Below, in pieces: positions 45,601-56,768 of a stretch of DNA of 64,000 nt. A model generated the notes under the pieces. That model was not told the DNA's origin. It made no database searches and saw only the letters and a list, made by a program, of their open reading frames with translations. The DNA comes from Sporopachydermia quercuum (taxonomy: Eukaryota), in the NCBI GenBank assembly GCA_001599295.1, contig BCGN01000006.1:992001-1056000 (forward strand). The letters run 5' to 3'. A program made the translations under genes and the position numbers. Every line of letters starts with the position of its first letter. Within the stretch, counting starts at the first letter, position 1.

Positions 45601-48210
45601 TATGCTGAAAATCCAACTAAGGATTTCAAACCGTCTCCGGGACAAATAACCGAGGTCACGTTCCCCGAATGGGCAAGAGTTGACACCTGGGTGGAAAAAG
45701 GCTCGGTTATTACTACCGATTTCGACCCCACGCTAGCCAAGATTATCGTTTCCGGAGTAGATCGAGCCGACGCGCTAGCCAAACTTAACAAGGCGCTAGA
45801 TGAAACAGTGGTTTACGGACCAATCACTAACATTGACTATCTCCGTTCGATTGCCAAAAGCAGCATGTTTGCCGAGGCTAAAGTGGCCACCAAAGTGCTC
45901 GATTCCTATAATTACACCTCAAACTCCTTTGAAATCACCGTTCCGGGCTCTTATACCACCGTTCAAGATTACCCCGGTCGGGTTAAGCTTTGGCGGATCG
46001 GAGTTCCCCCATCTGGGCCAATGGACGACTATGCATTCCGATTAGGCAACAGAGCCGTGGGTAATGACGAAAGAGCCCCCGGAATAGAATGTACGCTTAA
46101 TGGTCCATCTTTGTTGTTCCATACCGAGGCTATAATTGCCGTTACTGGTGGTAAAGTTAGCGCTAAAGTGGATGACGTCCTAATTGAGCAATGGAAGCCA
46201 GTGACTGTTCGCAAAGGCCAAACTCTATCTATTGGCAAATTAGAGACTGGTTGCCGAGCTTATATTGCCATAAGAGGTGGCATAGACGTGCCCGAATATT
46301 TAGGTTCCCGATCTACGTTTGCCCTCGGAACTATGGGCGGATTTAACGGTCGAACTTTGAAGTTCGGAGATGTGTTATTTTTAGGCCAACCGGAGATATC
46401 ATCATGTACCATCCCCACTCCGGTTGCCCCACCTTCAGAAATCCCCACCTCTTTGATTCCCAACTACCCCTCTTCCTGGGAAGTTGCTGTTACTTGCGGT
46501 CCACACGGAGGACCCGATTTCTTTAAATCTGATTCCGTAAAGGAGTTATTAGCCGCCCCTTGGAAAGTGCACTATAACTCTAATCGTTTCGGAGTTCGAC
46601 TAATCGGTCCAAAGCCTCAATGGGCCCGAAAAGACGGAGGGGAAGCCGGTTTACATCCTTCTAATGCACATGACTATGTGTATGCATTAGGCGCGCTTAA
46701 TTTTACCGGAGATGAACCGGTTATATTGACATGTGATGGTCCTTCGTTAGGAGGATTTGTATGTGCCGCGGTTGTTATTCAATCGGAGATGTGGAAGATT
46801 GGCCAAGTTAAACCGGGTGACATTATACATTTCAAGCCGGTGAGTTTTACTTCGGCTATTGAGCTTAAACGCGAACAAACTAAGAATATAGCCGAGCTCA
46901 AAGGTTCGGCCCTTAACTCTATTCCCTCGGAGATAATCATCCCTGACTTTATAGAAGACCCTATTTTATACTCGGCAGAACCAACTGCGGAGAACCCGAA
47001 AGTTACTTACCGCCAAGCTGGAGATCGGTACATTTTAGTCGAATACGGAGACAACGTGATGGACCTGAATTTAAGTTACCGAGTTAAGCGGCTTACAGAA
47101 AAGGTTTTCGCTAAGACCGGCGGCAATAGTAAAGTTTCTGCCGGAGTTGTGGAAATGTCTCCTGGTGTCCGATCTGTTTTAATTGAATTCGACGGCATTA
47201 GTATCTCCCAATCGGAACTTTTGGCTCATCTTATCCAATTCGAGCAAAGCATCCTATTTGACAAGAAATGGAAAGTGCCCAGTCGAGTTTTAAGGTTACC
47301 AATGGCTTTCGAAGACAAGAAAACCTTAAGCGCCGTCCAACGTTATTCCGAAACCATCCGCTCTTCCGCTCCTTGGTTACCCAATAATGTTGATTTCATT
47401 GCTAAAGTCAACGGAGTTAGCCGAGATTATGTTCACGATATGCTTTATTCGGCTAGATTTCTGGTTTTAGGTCTCGGAGATGTGTTTTTGGGAGCTCCCT
47501 GTGCAGTTCCTTTAGACCCAAGACATCGTCTGCTAGGTACGAAATATAACCCATCTCGTACTTTCACTCCGAACGGTACCGTCGGTATCGGCGGAATGTA
47601 CATGTGCATTTATGCCATGGAATCTCCCGGTGGGTATCAGCTGGTAGGCCGCACTATCCCTATATGGGACAAGCTTTTGCTAGGCCAGCAAGACAGACCT
47701 TGGTTATTGGACGTTTTTGACCAAATTGAGTTCTACCCTGTCTCCGAGCCGGAGTTAGACGCTATGGTGACACAAGTCGAACACGGCAAATTCAAAATCG
47801 ACATCTCCGACTCGGTCTTCGACCACGAAGATTACTTGCGATGGATTGAGAAAAACATTGAATCTATTACGGAATTTGCTGATGCCCAAGGCTCGGAATT
47901 AGAAGAATTCAACCGATTAATTCAAATTTCTAATGCCGAGCTGGCGAAGAGCTCGGAAGGAAAAGAAGAAGTGAAAGCGGATGATTTCAGTCCTGACGCN
48001 GTCTTTGTTTACTCGGAGTTCACTGGACGGTTCTGGAAACCAATGGTGGAAATCGGAGATGAGGTGCAACCAGGACAAGGTTTGATTGTGGTGGAAGCTA
48101 TGAAAACGGAGATGGTTGTGAGTGCGCCAAAAGGAGGAAAAGTAGTGAAGATTCTCCACGAGAACGGAGATATGGTCGAAGCTGGTGATTTGGTTGTTGT
48201 TTTAGAGTAG
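42667..48210 (+). CDS. DUR1,2: Urea amidolyase (allophanate hydrolase plus urea carboxylase)
   Basis: Amidase signature GGSSAGS / LGTDTAGSGRVP, biotin carboxylase LIANRGEIA and RDCSLQRRNQK, carboxyltransferase domains, and biotinyl motif EAMKTE. ATG MPTTGWS at 42667. Confidence 0.97.
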   Translation: MPTTGWSISQWVKAQRESSPEEAYARISNLVSTLSPAYPASAVSPNGNPDPAWISVASETLLQSQWLALQSSPNKESLPLYAVPVAIKDNIDVAGFNTTAACEKFANIAQRDSTAVTILKKAGAIVIGKTNLDQFATGLVGVRSPYGITPNTFSPDHVSGGSSAGSGSVVARGIVPLALGTDTAGSGRVPASLNNVVGLKPTRGVISCSGVVPACKSLDCVSIFTLNLADAQLSLALLAKADRDNDEYSREFPKTPLRKFSDKPVFAVPEQPEFFGDKLNPIVFDQAVDNLARIGVIIKRVSFAKLHKLALCLYEGPWVAERFVAVKKFLAEHSAEDFDPTVYKIIKSAEKFSAGDAFEYEYLRQKLLSEVEAEFGKFDGLVVPTCPLFPKIAEVVADPIAVNSKQGTYTNFVNLADMSALAIPTGFRSDHLPFGITLISRKFNDFALLDLASRLLHSEPYIGRKLGATGLIASKQDDSVTELIPEVDYSQYVKLAVVGAHLSGMALNYQLQDARAVLIEATKTAAKYKLYHLPNTVPAKPGLRKITGQGETGYSIYVEVYAVPKDTLGSFVSLIPAPLGIGSVELLNGEVVKGFICEESGYLAEGAVDVSQYGSWKAYIAATTTTTTQPGNIPDTKAKKPFNSVLIANRGEIAVRIIKTLKRLHIKAIAVYSNGDKYAKHVELADEAIPLNGTSATETYLSIDKIIAAAKSSGAEAIIPGYGFLSENADFSDKCTEEGIVFVGPTGDAIRKLGLKHSAREIAEAANVPLVPGSGLVESEEDALTIAAELTYPVMIKSTAGGGGIGLQKVDKAEDLKKAFHTVKHQGLSYFGDAGVFIERFVENARHVEVQMFGDGLGRAIALGERDCSLQRRNQKIIEETPAPNLPEATRIAMRKAAEGLGSVMKYRCAGTVEFIFDEKRNEFYFLEVNARLQVEHPITEMVTGLDLVEWMLLIAAGNPPDFNQEIKVTGAAMEARLYAENPTKDFKPSPGQITEVTFPEWARVDTWVEKGSVITTDFDPTLAKIIVSGVDRADALAKLNKALDETVVYGPITNIDYLRSIAKSSMFAEAKVATKVLDSYNYTSNSFEITVPGSYTTVQDYPGRVKLWRIGVPPSGPMDDYAFRLGNRAVGNDERAPGIECTLNGPSLLFHTEAIIAVTGGKVSAKVDDVLIEQWKPVTVRKGQTLSIGKLETGCRAYIAIRGGIDVPEYLGSRSTFALGTMGGFNGRTLKFGDVLFLGQPEISSCTIPTPVAPPSEIPTSLIPNYPSSWEVAVTCGPHGGPDFFKSDSVKELLAAPWKVHYNSNRFGVRLIGPKPQWARKDGGEAGLHPSNAHDYVYALGALNFTGDEPVILTCDGPSLGGFVCAAVVIQSEMWKIGQVKPGDIIHFKPVSFTSAIELKREQTKNIAELKGSALNSIPSEIIIPDFIEDPILYSAEPTAENPKVTYRQAGDRYILVEYGDNVMDLNLSYRVKRLTEKVFAKTGGNSKVSAGVVEMSPGVRSVLIEFDGISISQSELLAHLIQFEQSILFDKKWKVPSRVLRLPMAFEDKKTLSAVQRYSETIRSSAPWLPNNVDFIAKVNGVSRDYVHDMLYSARFLVLGLGDVFLGAPCAVPLDPRHRLLGTKYNPSRTFTPNGTVGIGGMYMCIYAMESPGGYQLVGRTIPIWDKLLLGQQDRPWLLDVFDQIEFYPVSEPELDAMVTQVEHGKFKIDISDSVFDHEDYLRWIEKNIESITEFADAQGSELEEFNRLIQISNAELAKSSEGKEEVKADDFSPDXVFVYSEFTGRFWKPMVEIGDEVQPGQGLIVVEAMKTEMVVSAPKGGKVVKILHENGDMVEAGDLVVVLE

Positions 48211-50405
48211 AAAGCTTAGGCTGAAGCCGAAGGCAGAGGATAAAGACAGATGGGAAGCGGAAGCGAAAGAGAAGGAAAACATGGGAGAAACAGGAAATAA
48301 AAATTGCGGGAATTTGACCTTGCCGGATCCCACGGGGATGTTTTTGTTCTTATTGCTTCCGATATGCCAAAATCAGTCGAAAACCAGTCGAAAACAGCCA
48401 AAACTTCACTGTTTGTTGACTCACAGCTGACGGCTAAACGCTCAGCTCATTTCTACTAGTTTTATGCCTATTTATTATTGAAATTTTACTCAATTGCCAG
48501 TAATTTATGTTAATTTCTGTTATTTCTATTAATTTTGTTGATTTAATTTCTGTTGATAAATTCCAAATTATATTGCCTTTTTTATTAGCTGACCCGGAAG
48601 GGTTCCCAACAGTTTCCTTTCCACCGTAGAGACAAACAAAAACAAATAACTACTAACCGCCAGCTCTAGCACTAAACGAGTAAAAATCAGCTAGTATTCG
48701 GTTAAAAGCACCATTATTTATTTATTTACTTATTAGGGACTATTGTGATTTATTCTCAATCTTTTTAGTTTGTAAGAGCATCAAAAAGACTGGCATTTCA
48801 TTTTATCCAAAAGCTTGAAACAAAACATTTAAAACATGTTAATTGCTGTAAATGTGTAGAAGTGGCTTTCTAAATAAATCCAACCCTTTTTTCGGCTATC
48901 GTTAGAAATAATTTCTGCCTATATTTATTAACAAAAGTGAAAGAGAGAGAAACGCATAATAATTGAAAGATAACTGTTGAGATGCAGAAATTATGCAATA
49001 TACAACAACAATTAATGCATGAGTTTTTGCACGAATTATTGCATATTGAAGTTTGCCTTAGCGTTAATTAATTTATGTAATGAAAAAATTATCACTGTTA
49101 ATGATAAACTATAGAAGACTTATTGTTTTTTTTTTTATTGTTTTAATTTTTTTATTGTTGAAGATAAAACCACGATTCTACAGTTTATGTATTTAATTAT
49201 AGTCTTCAAGGTATAATAATGATAATAGTAATAGTAAATGAATCTGCCAATTAATGCAGTATAAATCATTCTCAGTTGCAATTATTTATAATGATAGTAA
49301 TAGTTTTTGTTATGCCATTAGTAATTATTGTCAGTATTGCCAATGTCGAAATCAAAGTATACTAGCTATATTATTACATTATTATATTATTATATTATTC
49401 CATCATAATTTATACTTATATTTTTCTATCTATATTAGTATAAATTAACTACCTTATATAATGATGTTATATTTCCTGCATTCATTGTTAGTACAAGTAC
49501 TAATTTTTGGTCCTTTAATCTTTTGGTTTCAAATCTGTTCCTGTTTCTTGTCAACAAGCAGATGTCAAAATAATCTGCAAAATCCGAAGTTTCGAAACTA
49601 ATTTCGGAACAAATCTCAGAAAGAAGATTAAGGTCCGAGGATTAAGGTTTCGGCAAAGTAAGAGCCGAATTTCAGCCAATGAAGAGTTTCTATTCTCAGG
49701 AGAATAAAGTAAAATGCGATTCTATAGCTTTTAACATGATAATAGTAACATAGTAATATAATATTAACAGCAGCACATTATAATAACGTAATATTCATGA
49801 TGCAACAATAATAATACCAGTACAACATCATAATCATAATCATAATCATAATACCCAAAATTGTCGCTATAGTCATTGTCCTGACACGATAGTAACATAA
49901 TCATTGCTACATTTATATTTGAGTAAAATCAACAGCCAGAACGTGCAATTGATCTTGCTGGCTTAGTTCAATTATCCTGTAGGATTTCCTTTCATTTAAT
50001 GATCACTTCATCGGCTACATCCAGTTTTCATACCTGCGCTGATTTATACCCAAACAAACAGTCATCACTTCTATTCACTACAGTCAAATAGTGCTGTTGT
50101 TGCTGAAAGGACAGCAAACATACTTAGCCCTCTAACCTTGGAATTGTAGAATTATTCAAACTGTAATGACTGCAGCGTTAGCTTTGTCGCTGCTTCTGAG
50201 CCTCTATTGCCGGTTCATCCGCTGACGTTGCCAATGCCATTTAATTATCGAACAAGTTATTCAAAAGCAATCCCTTGCAACTCCATTGATTGGCATTGAA
50301 ACACTGTATTATTCACACATTCACAGTTATCCATTATCATTAATGTTATCTTTACTTTAGATGCTAATGATAATAGTAAAATTACGTTCTTCCCGGCTGT
50401 TATGG

Positions 50406-53168
50406 TTATAGCTTCTCTTTACCATCATAAGATAAATCATTTGCACCTAGAATATCAACTATTTCATAAAACAGCATATAAACAGCGTTTTTCTGGGACA
50501 AAACTTCATTTGATTTCGTTTCCCAGCTTCTTTCATCTGATATTCTCCAATATGGGTTCTTTTTAGCACTGGGAATGTTCATTACTTCGATTTTAGATGA
50601 TCTTGATGACAGTATTCCTTTTGGCAGTTTATTACTGTTATTAGGGGTATCATCGTTATTATGATTATTCATATTGCTGTTATCATCATTATCATTATCA
50701 TCAATCTTTTCTACTAGCTTCGATTCAATTTCTGCTGCTGTAGGAATACTTGCATTACTACTGACTGACCCTTTGTTACTATCAACGTCACCGTTCTCCT
50801 TCTCCTTCTCCTTCTCATCGCCTTCATATTCTTCAAAATCGTCTTTACTTCTGTTATATAAATCCTCAATTCCGTTCAAAGCGATCACTTTTTCACTCTT
50901 AGTTTTGATATATTCTGGTTTATGTTTATAGCATTCATAATGACCATAATTATGTGAGCCTTTATGCCGTATAATTGATCGCAGTTTGTATCGAATGTAT
51001 TTTTTCCCTTTGCCAGGTAAAGGTAAAGTAGAGAGAATGTCATCGATCGGATCTGAAGGTGTAGAAGTGTCGTTGCTAGTTGGCTCATTAGTATTACCAC
51101 TTGCAGTTCCATTAGTATTAGTAGTACTAGTAGTGTTAGTACTGTCATTATTCCCATTGGTTGATCCTGATTTTAACATTTCTTGTATAGAAATGTTGCT
51201 GCTAATAGTTGATTTACTATTTAATAGTGTTTCCAGTAGACTTGGAGTTTCATCGTCGTTCGTCTGTTCATTTCTATTGCCAGTTGATTCAAATAATGAG
51301 TTGTCTAACAATTTGTTTGTATAAGGATTGAATAGTGCTAGCAATGGATTTTTGAATAGTTTGGTGATAGGCTGAAATGGTTTGAAAGTACTATTAGTAG
51401 GATTAATGATAGAAGTGATATTAGCAGTAATGATACTGTTCGAATCAATGCTCATAGCATCAACACTACGAGAATTAGTACTGCTAGCATCAGTACTACC
51501 CTCAGTGCTAATTCTGTCATCAGAATTTCCATCAATAATTCTATTATTGCCATTGCCGTGACTTTTATCAGTCAGTTCATCCAGCATCTTCTTTTTCTCT
51601 TCTCGCTCAGTTTTCATCTTATTCATCTCACTCTTTAACTCGTTTCTCAACAACTCCTCATCAACTTCAAGTATTATGTCTTCTTCAAACCCAACGTTAC
51701 ACGAGTTCCTACTAACGCTATTCCCCGAGAATATCGACCGTGATAAATGAATAACCAGAACGTTCGGTAAGTATAGGAACTTGCTGCTTTTATGGATAGT
51801 AGATTTAACTGTGCTGGCCTTAAATTTCAATTCTGGCACTGAATAACTCGATATGAAATCTTCTAGCTCTGGTGGCAGTTGACTTAACTCTCCTGCATCA
51901 TAGAACTTCTGAATTTGCTTGATTTTCTCTTTTGTATCATCAACAATGGCATTCCCATCACTGTCAGTTGTTCTTGGTTGAATCCCCAATGACTTTTTCT
52001 TATTTTCAGCTTGTAGAATCATGTGGAATCGACATTTCGTACATCCGTAGTCTTCTATAACTTCCTTCGCTTGCTGTTCTTCTAGTAGATGGGCCAATGT
52101 TGTTTTCCTGGCTTGAGGAACCATTAGAGATAGTACTAAGAAAGGATCCGACCTAGGGTTGATTGTATTGTTACATTTTAGACACGTTATAGGAGAAGCT
52201 AGAAAACCCGTAAAAGGGAACCGAGGCAAACCTGGTCGGTTAGGCAGTTGAAGTTGAAGCTGTTGTTCCTGGGGCTTTAATAGTGAAACGAGATAATCGT
52301 ACTCGGTCAGATACTTCAAAACAGCGTTCCATTCGTTTTCCAGCGTTTCAAGGATCAAATGAAGCAATTCATGGGCATCATGCTGGTTACGGGAGATTCT
52401 TGAATTGAATACGCGTTCTAATTCACGGAGGAAATCCCAGGGATTAATTGCCCGGGAAGAATACTGAATTGCTTGCAAATTAGTAAGGATTTTCAATAGG
52501 GCAATGTGAATTGGCACTGAGGGTGGTGATTTCACACTAAATGGTGCATGGGGTTTGAACTTAGACTGTGCGGGAGAAGCTCTTTGAGAATTATGGGGCA
52601 CCAGGTGGTCATTGAGCAGTATGAACTTCATGGCGGTTGAAAATAGATCAGAATGTGTTGTTGATAGCAGCGAAACCACTGGAAGATCCTTTTTAATGAA
52701 GGATTCCCAGTTACTAACGAATTGAATCAGATATGAATTGAATTGAGGCAGCGAGCTCAACGCTTGCAAGTTGGAGTTGGCGAAGCAGTCATTCCGGGAG
52801 TTGAACAAACCCAAGCAGTATTTATCGGGCCGAGGATTATTATTATCGCTACGCCCGAACATGCTAGATGAAGAAGATTTCAATGAAGAGCTGAAAGGGT
52901 ATGGTAAAGATGGGAGAAGGATGTATACAGAAGATACAGCACAGGCTAGAAGTAGAGAGATTTTGAGGATTTCACTTTGAGAGAGTTCACGTGAAGCCAG
53001 GCAGGATTCTAGGTTTGATTTGAGCTTTCCGGGAAGCACAGCCGAAAGGAGTGACCCGATAGGAGATGAGGGGTTAGAAGGAACAGAATCGGAAATAATA
53101 TTATTGGATTTGGGGATCAGCGATTGAATTTTCTCAGCAATGATTTGAGCGACGAGCGGCGGAGTCAT
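50406..53168 (-). CDS. UBP16: Ubiquitin-specific protease, Ubp16/USP30-like (membrane anchored)
   Basis: Hydrophobic segment followed by Cys box GLFNSRNDCFANS, QHDAHELL, His box HKGSHNYGHY, WRISD and YMLFYE. Confidence 0.75.
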   Translation of the reverse strand: MTPPLVAQIIAEKIQSLIPKSNNIISDSVPSNPSSPIGSLLSAVLPGKLKSNLESCLASRELSQSEILKISLLLACAVSSVYILLPSLPYPFSSSLKSSSSSMFGRSDNNNPRPDKYCLGLFNSRNDCFANSNLQALSSLPQFNSYLIQFVSNWESFIKKDLPVVSLLSTTHSDLFSTAMKFILLNDHLVPHNSQRASPAQSKFKPHAPFSVKSPPSVPIHIALLKILTNLQAIQYSSRAINPWDFLRELERVFNSRISRNQHDAHELLHLILETLENEWNAVLKYLTEYDYLVSLLKPQEQQLQLQLPNRPGLPRFPFTGFLASPITCLKCNNTINPRSDPFLVLSLMVPQARKTTLAHLLEEQQAKEVIEDYGCTKCRFHMILQAENKKKSLGIQPRTTDSDGNAIVDDTKEKIKQIQKFYDAGELSQLPPELEDFISSYSVPELKFKASTVKSTIHKSSKFLYLPNVLVIHLSRSIFSGNSVSRNSCNVGFEEDIILEVDEELLRNELKSEMNKMKTEREEKKKMLDELTDKSHGNGNNRIIDGNSDDRISTEGSTDASSTNSRSVDAMSIDSNSIITANITSIINPTNSTFKPFQPITKLFKNPLLALFNPYTNKLLDNSLFESTGNRNEQTNDDETPSLLETLLNSKSTISSNISIQEMLKSGSTNGNNDSTNTTSTTNTNGTASGNTNEPTSNDTSTPSDPIDDILSTLPLPGKGKKYIRYKLRSIIRHKGSHNYGHYECYKHKPEYIKTKSEKVIALNGIEDLYNRSKDDFEEYEGDEKEKEKENGDVDSNKGSVSSNASIPTAAEIESKLVEKIDDNDNDDNSNMNNHNNDDTPNNSNKLPKGILSSRSSKIEVMNIPSAKKNPYWRISDERSWETKSNEVLSQKNAVYMLFYEIVDILGANDLSYDGKEKL

Positions 53169-54892
53169 GAGGAATAGCGGGGTAGCAGGATAATAAGGCA
53201 ATGAGATAGCGGGAGCAGAAAAATTGAGGGGTAGAAGGGATCACCTGAATCTAGTCTTCTCTCTATGTCTTACAGCGTATGAGTATGCTATTTGCTACTA
53301 CTTAGATAAGTATGTAGCACACTCTTATCACCAAATGAAGATTTCAACGAATTACCAGCCCAGAAACGTTTCTAGCTGGAAGTACAGGAAAACTAAGTTG
53401 TTGATATATTTATGATAGATATAGTAGCCCTAATTCGTCTTCCCGTGATACACTGGCAGCAATCAGTTTAGTTCAGCAACAGTGGGGTTAATGATTCAAT
53501 GCGGGTCTCAATTAGTGTTTCTACGGCAAGAAATACAGCCAAGTAAACAAAAGGTGCTTCCTCTTTGAACTCCAAAACTCCCGGTATCTCACCAAATACG
53601 GAACAAAAGTCAATAAAATTCAATGGAGCTCTCCCCAGCAGCAAAAAGTACTTCAATCAGAATCTGTGGTGGAATACAGCCCAAGCACAGCATAAATGCT
53701 AAAACTAGCTCATACAATAGCAAGCAAGTACACTCAGAGCTCAGTTTTGTAGTTCCAGTATGTGAAGATGCTTTGCTTTCTTTTGGCAATTTCTACCGCA
53801 AATTTCTGTTTTTTAGTGCGCCGTATTAGTAGAGAAAATAGTCTGAGATTTTTAGAAATCAACTAGCAAATCAGCTGATAAACATAGAAAATGTCCGCTT
53901 GAACATGGATTTCATTGCTTGCTTGCCGAAATGGATGGTTCAACAATTTCAGCGCTTATCCACAATTGGCGATCTTCCTTTCATATGTGTTGGGGGAGCT
54001 TCTGGAGATAAGAGAGATTAGGAAACTATCTTGAGAGATGCCCTGCGTCATGTGATTAGTGAAATTAGTGGACAACAGGATAGGAGGAAGGGAGACAAGG
54101 TGGGAGATGGTGAATTATAGGTACTTTGAAAAGAAAATACTAGTGATAAAGGAATTGAATTGAGGTCAGAAATCGGTTGGAGTACAGCTTTAATGATTAT
54201 TTGAGATGAAATATGGAGGCTATGTAATGAGTATTATAATATGAGTTTCTCTGTGTGGTAATAAAGATGAGGGCGGCGTATTTGGACGCATAAGGACAGA
54301 TACTTCCAAGGACAGCTCGGCACATACATATTATCGGTTCATAATACAAGATGTCCAACTATATGTATAGTGATAAGCTCCACTAAAAATAATAATAAAA
54401 CCATTTCTTACAAACAATTAAGAAATTATTAAGAAATTATTAAGAAATTTTCAGAAAACTTCAACTTGAGCCTCCCCTTTCCTGAACTTCTCCTCAGTTC
54501 TTAACTCACAATAGGTATCTTATTTTGTTTTGTCCAATAACAGGTAAAACAAACAATCAACCATAATTTCTGTCTAATTACAGGTATCTAATAATCTTTC
54601 CAATGCCCCATAGTAATCAGATCCACAAGCATATGAAAGATCTATTACTAAGAGAGACGATCATTCCTGCTTGAAAAAAGAAAGAGCAATAGTTATCAAA
54701 GGATTATTTGCCCATTTCCACATAATTTCAGCATTAAAAGCCCTCATTTTGATAGGTTTTGGCGAGGTTTTTTTTGTTCCTGTGCGATAACTTCTTTCCA
54801 GGTTGTTTTCCATATAGGCAAAGCTTCGTTGAGACTACAGACGAGCGTCTAATGCTGATATTGGGTTGTGTTACCTTTCATCACCGCTCAAT

Positions 54893-55554
54893 ATGAGCAT
54901 CAATAACAACAGAACTAATGAGCAAAACAACCAAAATGGCGGGAATTTAAAAGAGCAGCGAAAAATTAGAAGCCCTGTAACATTGAATGTCCCATCATTA
55001 GAGGAAATTACTCCCAGAAGTCAACCAAGAAGAACTGTGCCCTCTCTAAGTGCTAATATCAGTAATATGGACAGAATGGTGAACTCGGCTACAGGCTCTT
55101 TGGTATCAGCTAGAGAAAAAGTCAGATTAGCACCAGGACACTCTGCAATGGATTGGGGAAGGTTATGCTCATCGGGTGCTGATTTGAGGGTAAGTTTTTG
55201 ATTATAGCTAGATCGTTATGGTAGTTGTGGTGGACTATAGTAACTAAGGGTAAATATAACGATGGGAGTAACAGTAATAATGGAACTAACAAGCGTTTAC
55301 AGGGAACCAAACAATTTCCACTGCGAGTTAGTACTAAGGAACTAATGACACATAATACAAAAAATGACTGTTGGATGGTGATAGAAGGCAAAGTGTTCAA
55401 CATAACACCTTACATGGATTTCCATCCAGGTGGAGTAGACAAACTGATGATGGCAGCCGGAAAAGATGGAACTGGTTTATTTAGAAAGTACCATATGTGG
55501 GTTAACTATGAAACGTTATTAAAAGACTGCTTTCTTGGATTTTATGTTGGTTAA
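54893..55554 (+). CDS. IRC21: Cytochrome b5-domain protein Irc21; exons 54893-55189 and 55303-55554
   Basis: REKVRLAPGHSAMDW...DLR|GTKQFPLRV...HNTKNDCW..FHPGG..GKDGT..KYHMWVN; intron 55190-55302 is GTAAGT..AACTAAC..CAG. Confidence 0.88.
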
Positions 55555-56059
55555 CTTGAAGCATAGCACAGAATCATGATTATGACCGACACAATCCTTA
55601 AATATGTACTTAACCAAGAAGCAAAATACTAAGTAGAGTACTAAGGATCCTACCTTTTAACCATCACTATTCCATTTGAACTAATTGCTTTCGATTGTCC
55701 AAATCAAAGAGGACATTATACATATTCATTTGTGGGAGTCATTTGCTAAGTTTTCTCCAAGCGTCTTAGATCACAGAACACCACATAGTTATAGAACAAT
55801 CATAGAACAAACAGAACATCAATCACGCCAAGATGGAAAAACTGTGTAAACATACAAACAAACGAATAAATCAGCTGACTATTACTTTTAGTGATAAGCT
55901 TATAAGCCATTTATATTGAGTCATTAGAACATCAAAAAAAGGTAGGAACAATGAATTAGTGAATGAAAGGAGAGAAAAGAGCGTAATAAAACTTTACCCG
56001 GCATAACTATAGGCTAGCATTTTCGTAGTGACCTTCTCCATCCAAACTCCTTTAATCTC

Positions 56060-56627
56060 TTACAATCTTTCTTTAGCTTCTGCTAGGTCCTTAGAGTATC
56101 TCTCTTTATCCTCAGCGGCCAACTTCTGATAGGGAGCTTTAGCTGAGTCATCATAAGATCTCCAAACCTCGGCTAGCTTTTTAACGACTTCAGTGGCCTT
56201 CAAAGAAGGGTTAGCTGCTACTACTTCAGGACGCTTGTCTTCTACGAAAAGAATATAAGCGTTCTTCTGTCCTTTTACTCCCAGTGATTTGGCAAGGGTG
56301 TGGGCTTTCTTCTTCAGGGTTGCTATCTTAGTTGTTAGTTCCCTGTTGGGCTAATGAGATGAAAATGACAAATACAGCTTGATAGCCACGAATCAATACA
56401 TTAACTAAAATTGCTACTGTAATTGTTATTCGTTCAATACCCCTTGAGTTCCTAATTTAGCAGTACTATTCCTACTATTTATTTCTCACTCGTCTTCTCA
56501 TCTTCCATAGTGACGTTATTTATGTACATACTTTGCCTATCATAGTAATTCAAATCAACATACCATTAGTGGTGGAAAACGCTCTAGAGCAAATAACTCT
56601 CGAAGGTGCAACAGCTGATCTGAACAT
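56060..56627 (-). CDS. Small mitochondrially targeted single HMG-box protein, 108 aa (Abf2/Gcf1-like nucleoid candidate); exons 56627-56564 and 56322-56060
   Basis: Spliced product MFRSAVAPSRVICSRAFSTTNATLKKKAHTLAKSLGVKGQKNAYILFVEDKRPEVVAANPSLKATEVVKKLAEVWRSYDDSAKAPYQKLAAEDKERYSKDLAEAKERL; intron 56563-56323 is GTATGT..AACTAAC..TAG. Confidence 0.88.
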
Positions 56628-56768
56628 TTTTATAGTAAAAATTGCCTTTATTCTTTTCTTTTCTCTTCCTTTGCCTTCCTCTCTTCTTATCCTATGCGGA
56701 ATACTTAGCAATTGACGTATCAGTATATCAGTATAATCTCTATGCTGTAATACTGTCTATCAATTGAA

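Noticed and set aside
9005..48210. CUG codon reassignment (Ser or Ala clades)
   Set aside because: CTG occupies conserved Leu positions (Vac8 EPK-L-V; Dur1,2 A-L-GTD and GYQ-L-VG), and the tRNA found is an ordinary Ser(UGA).
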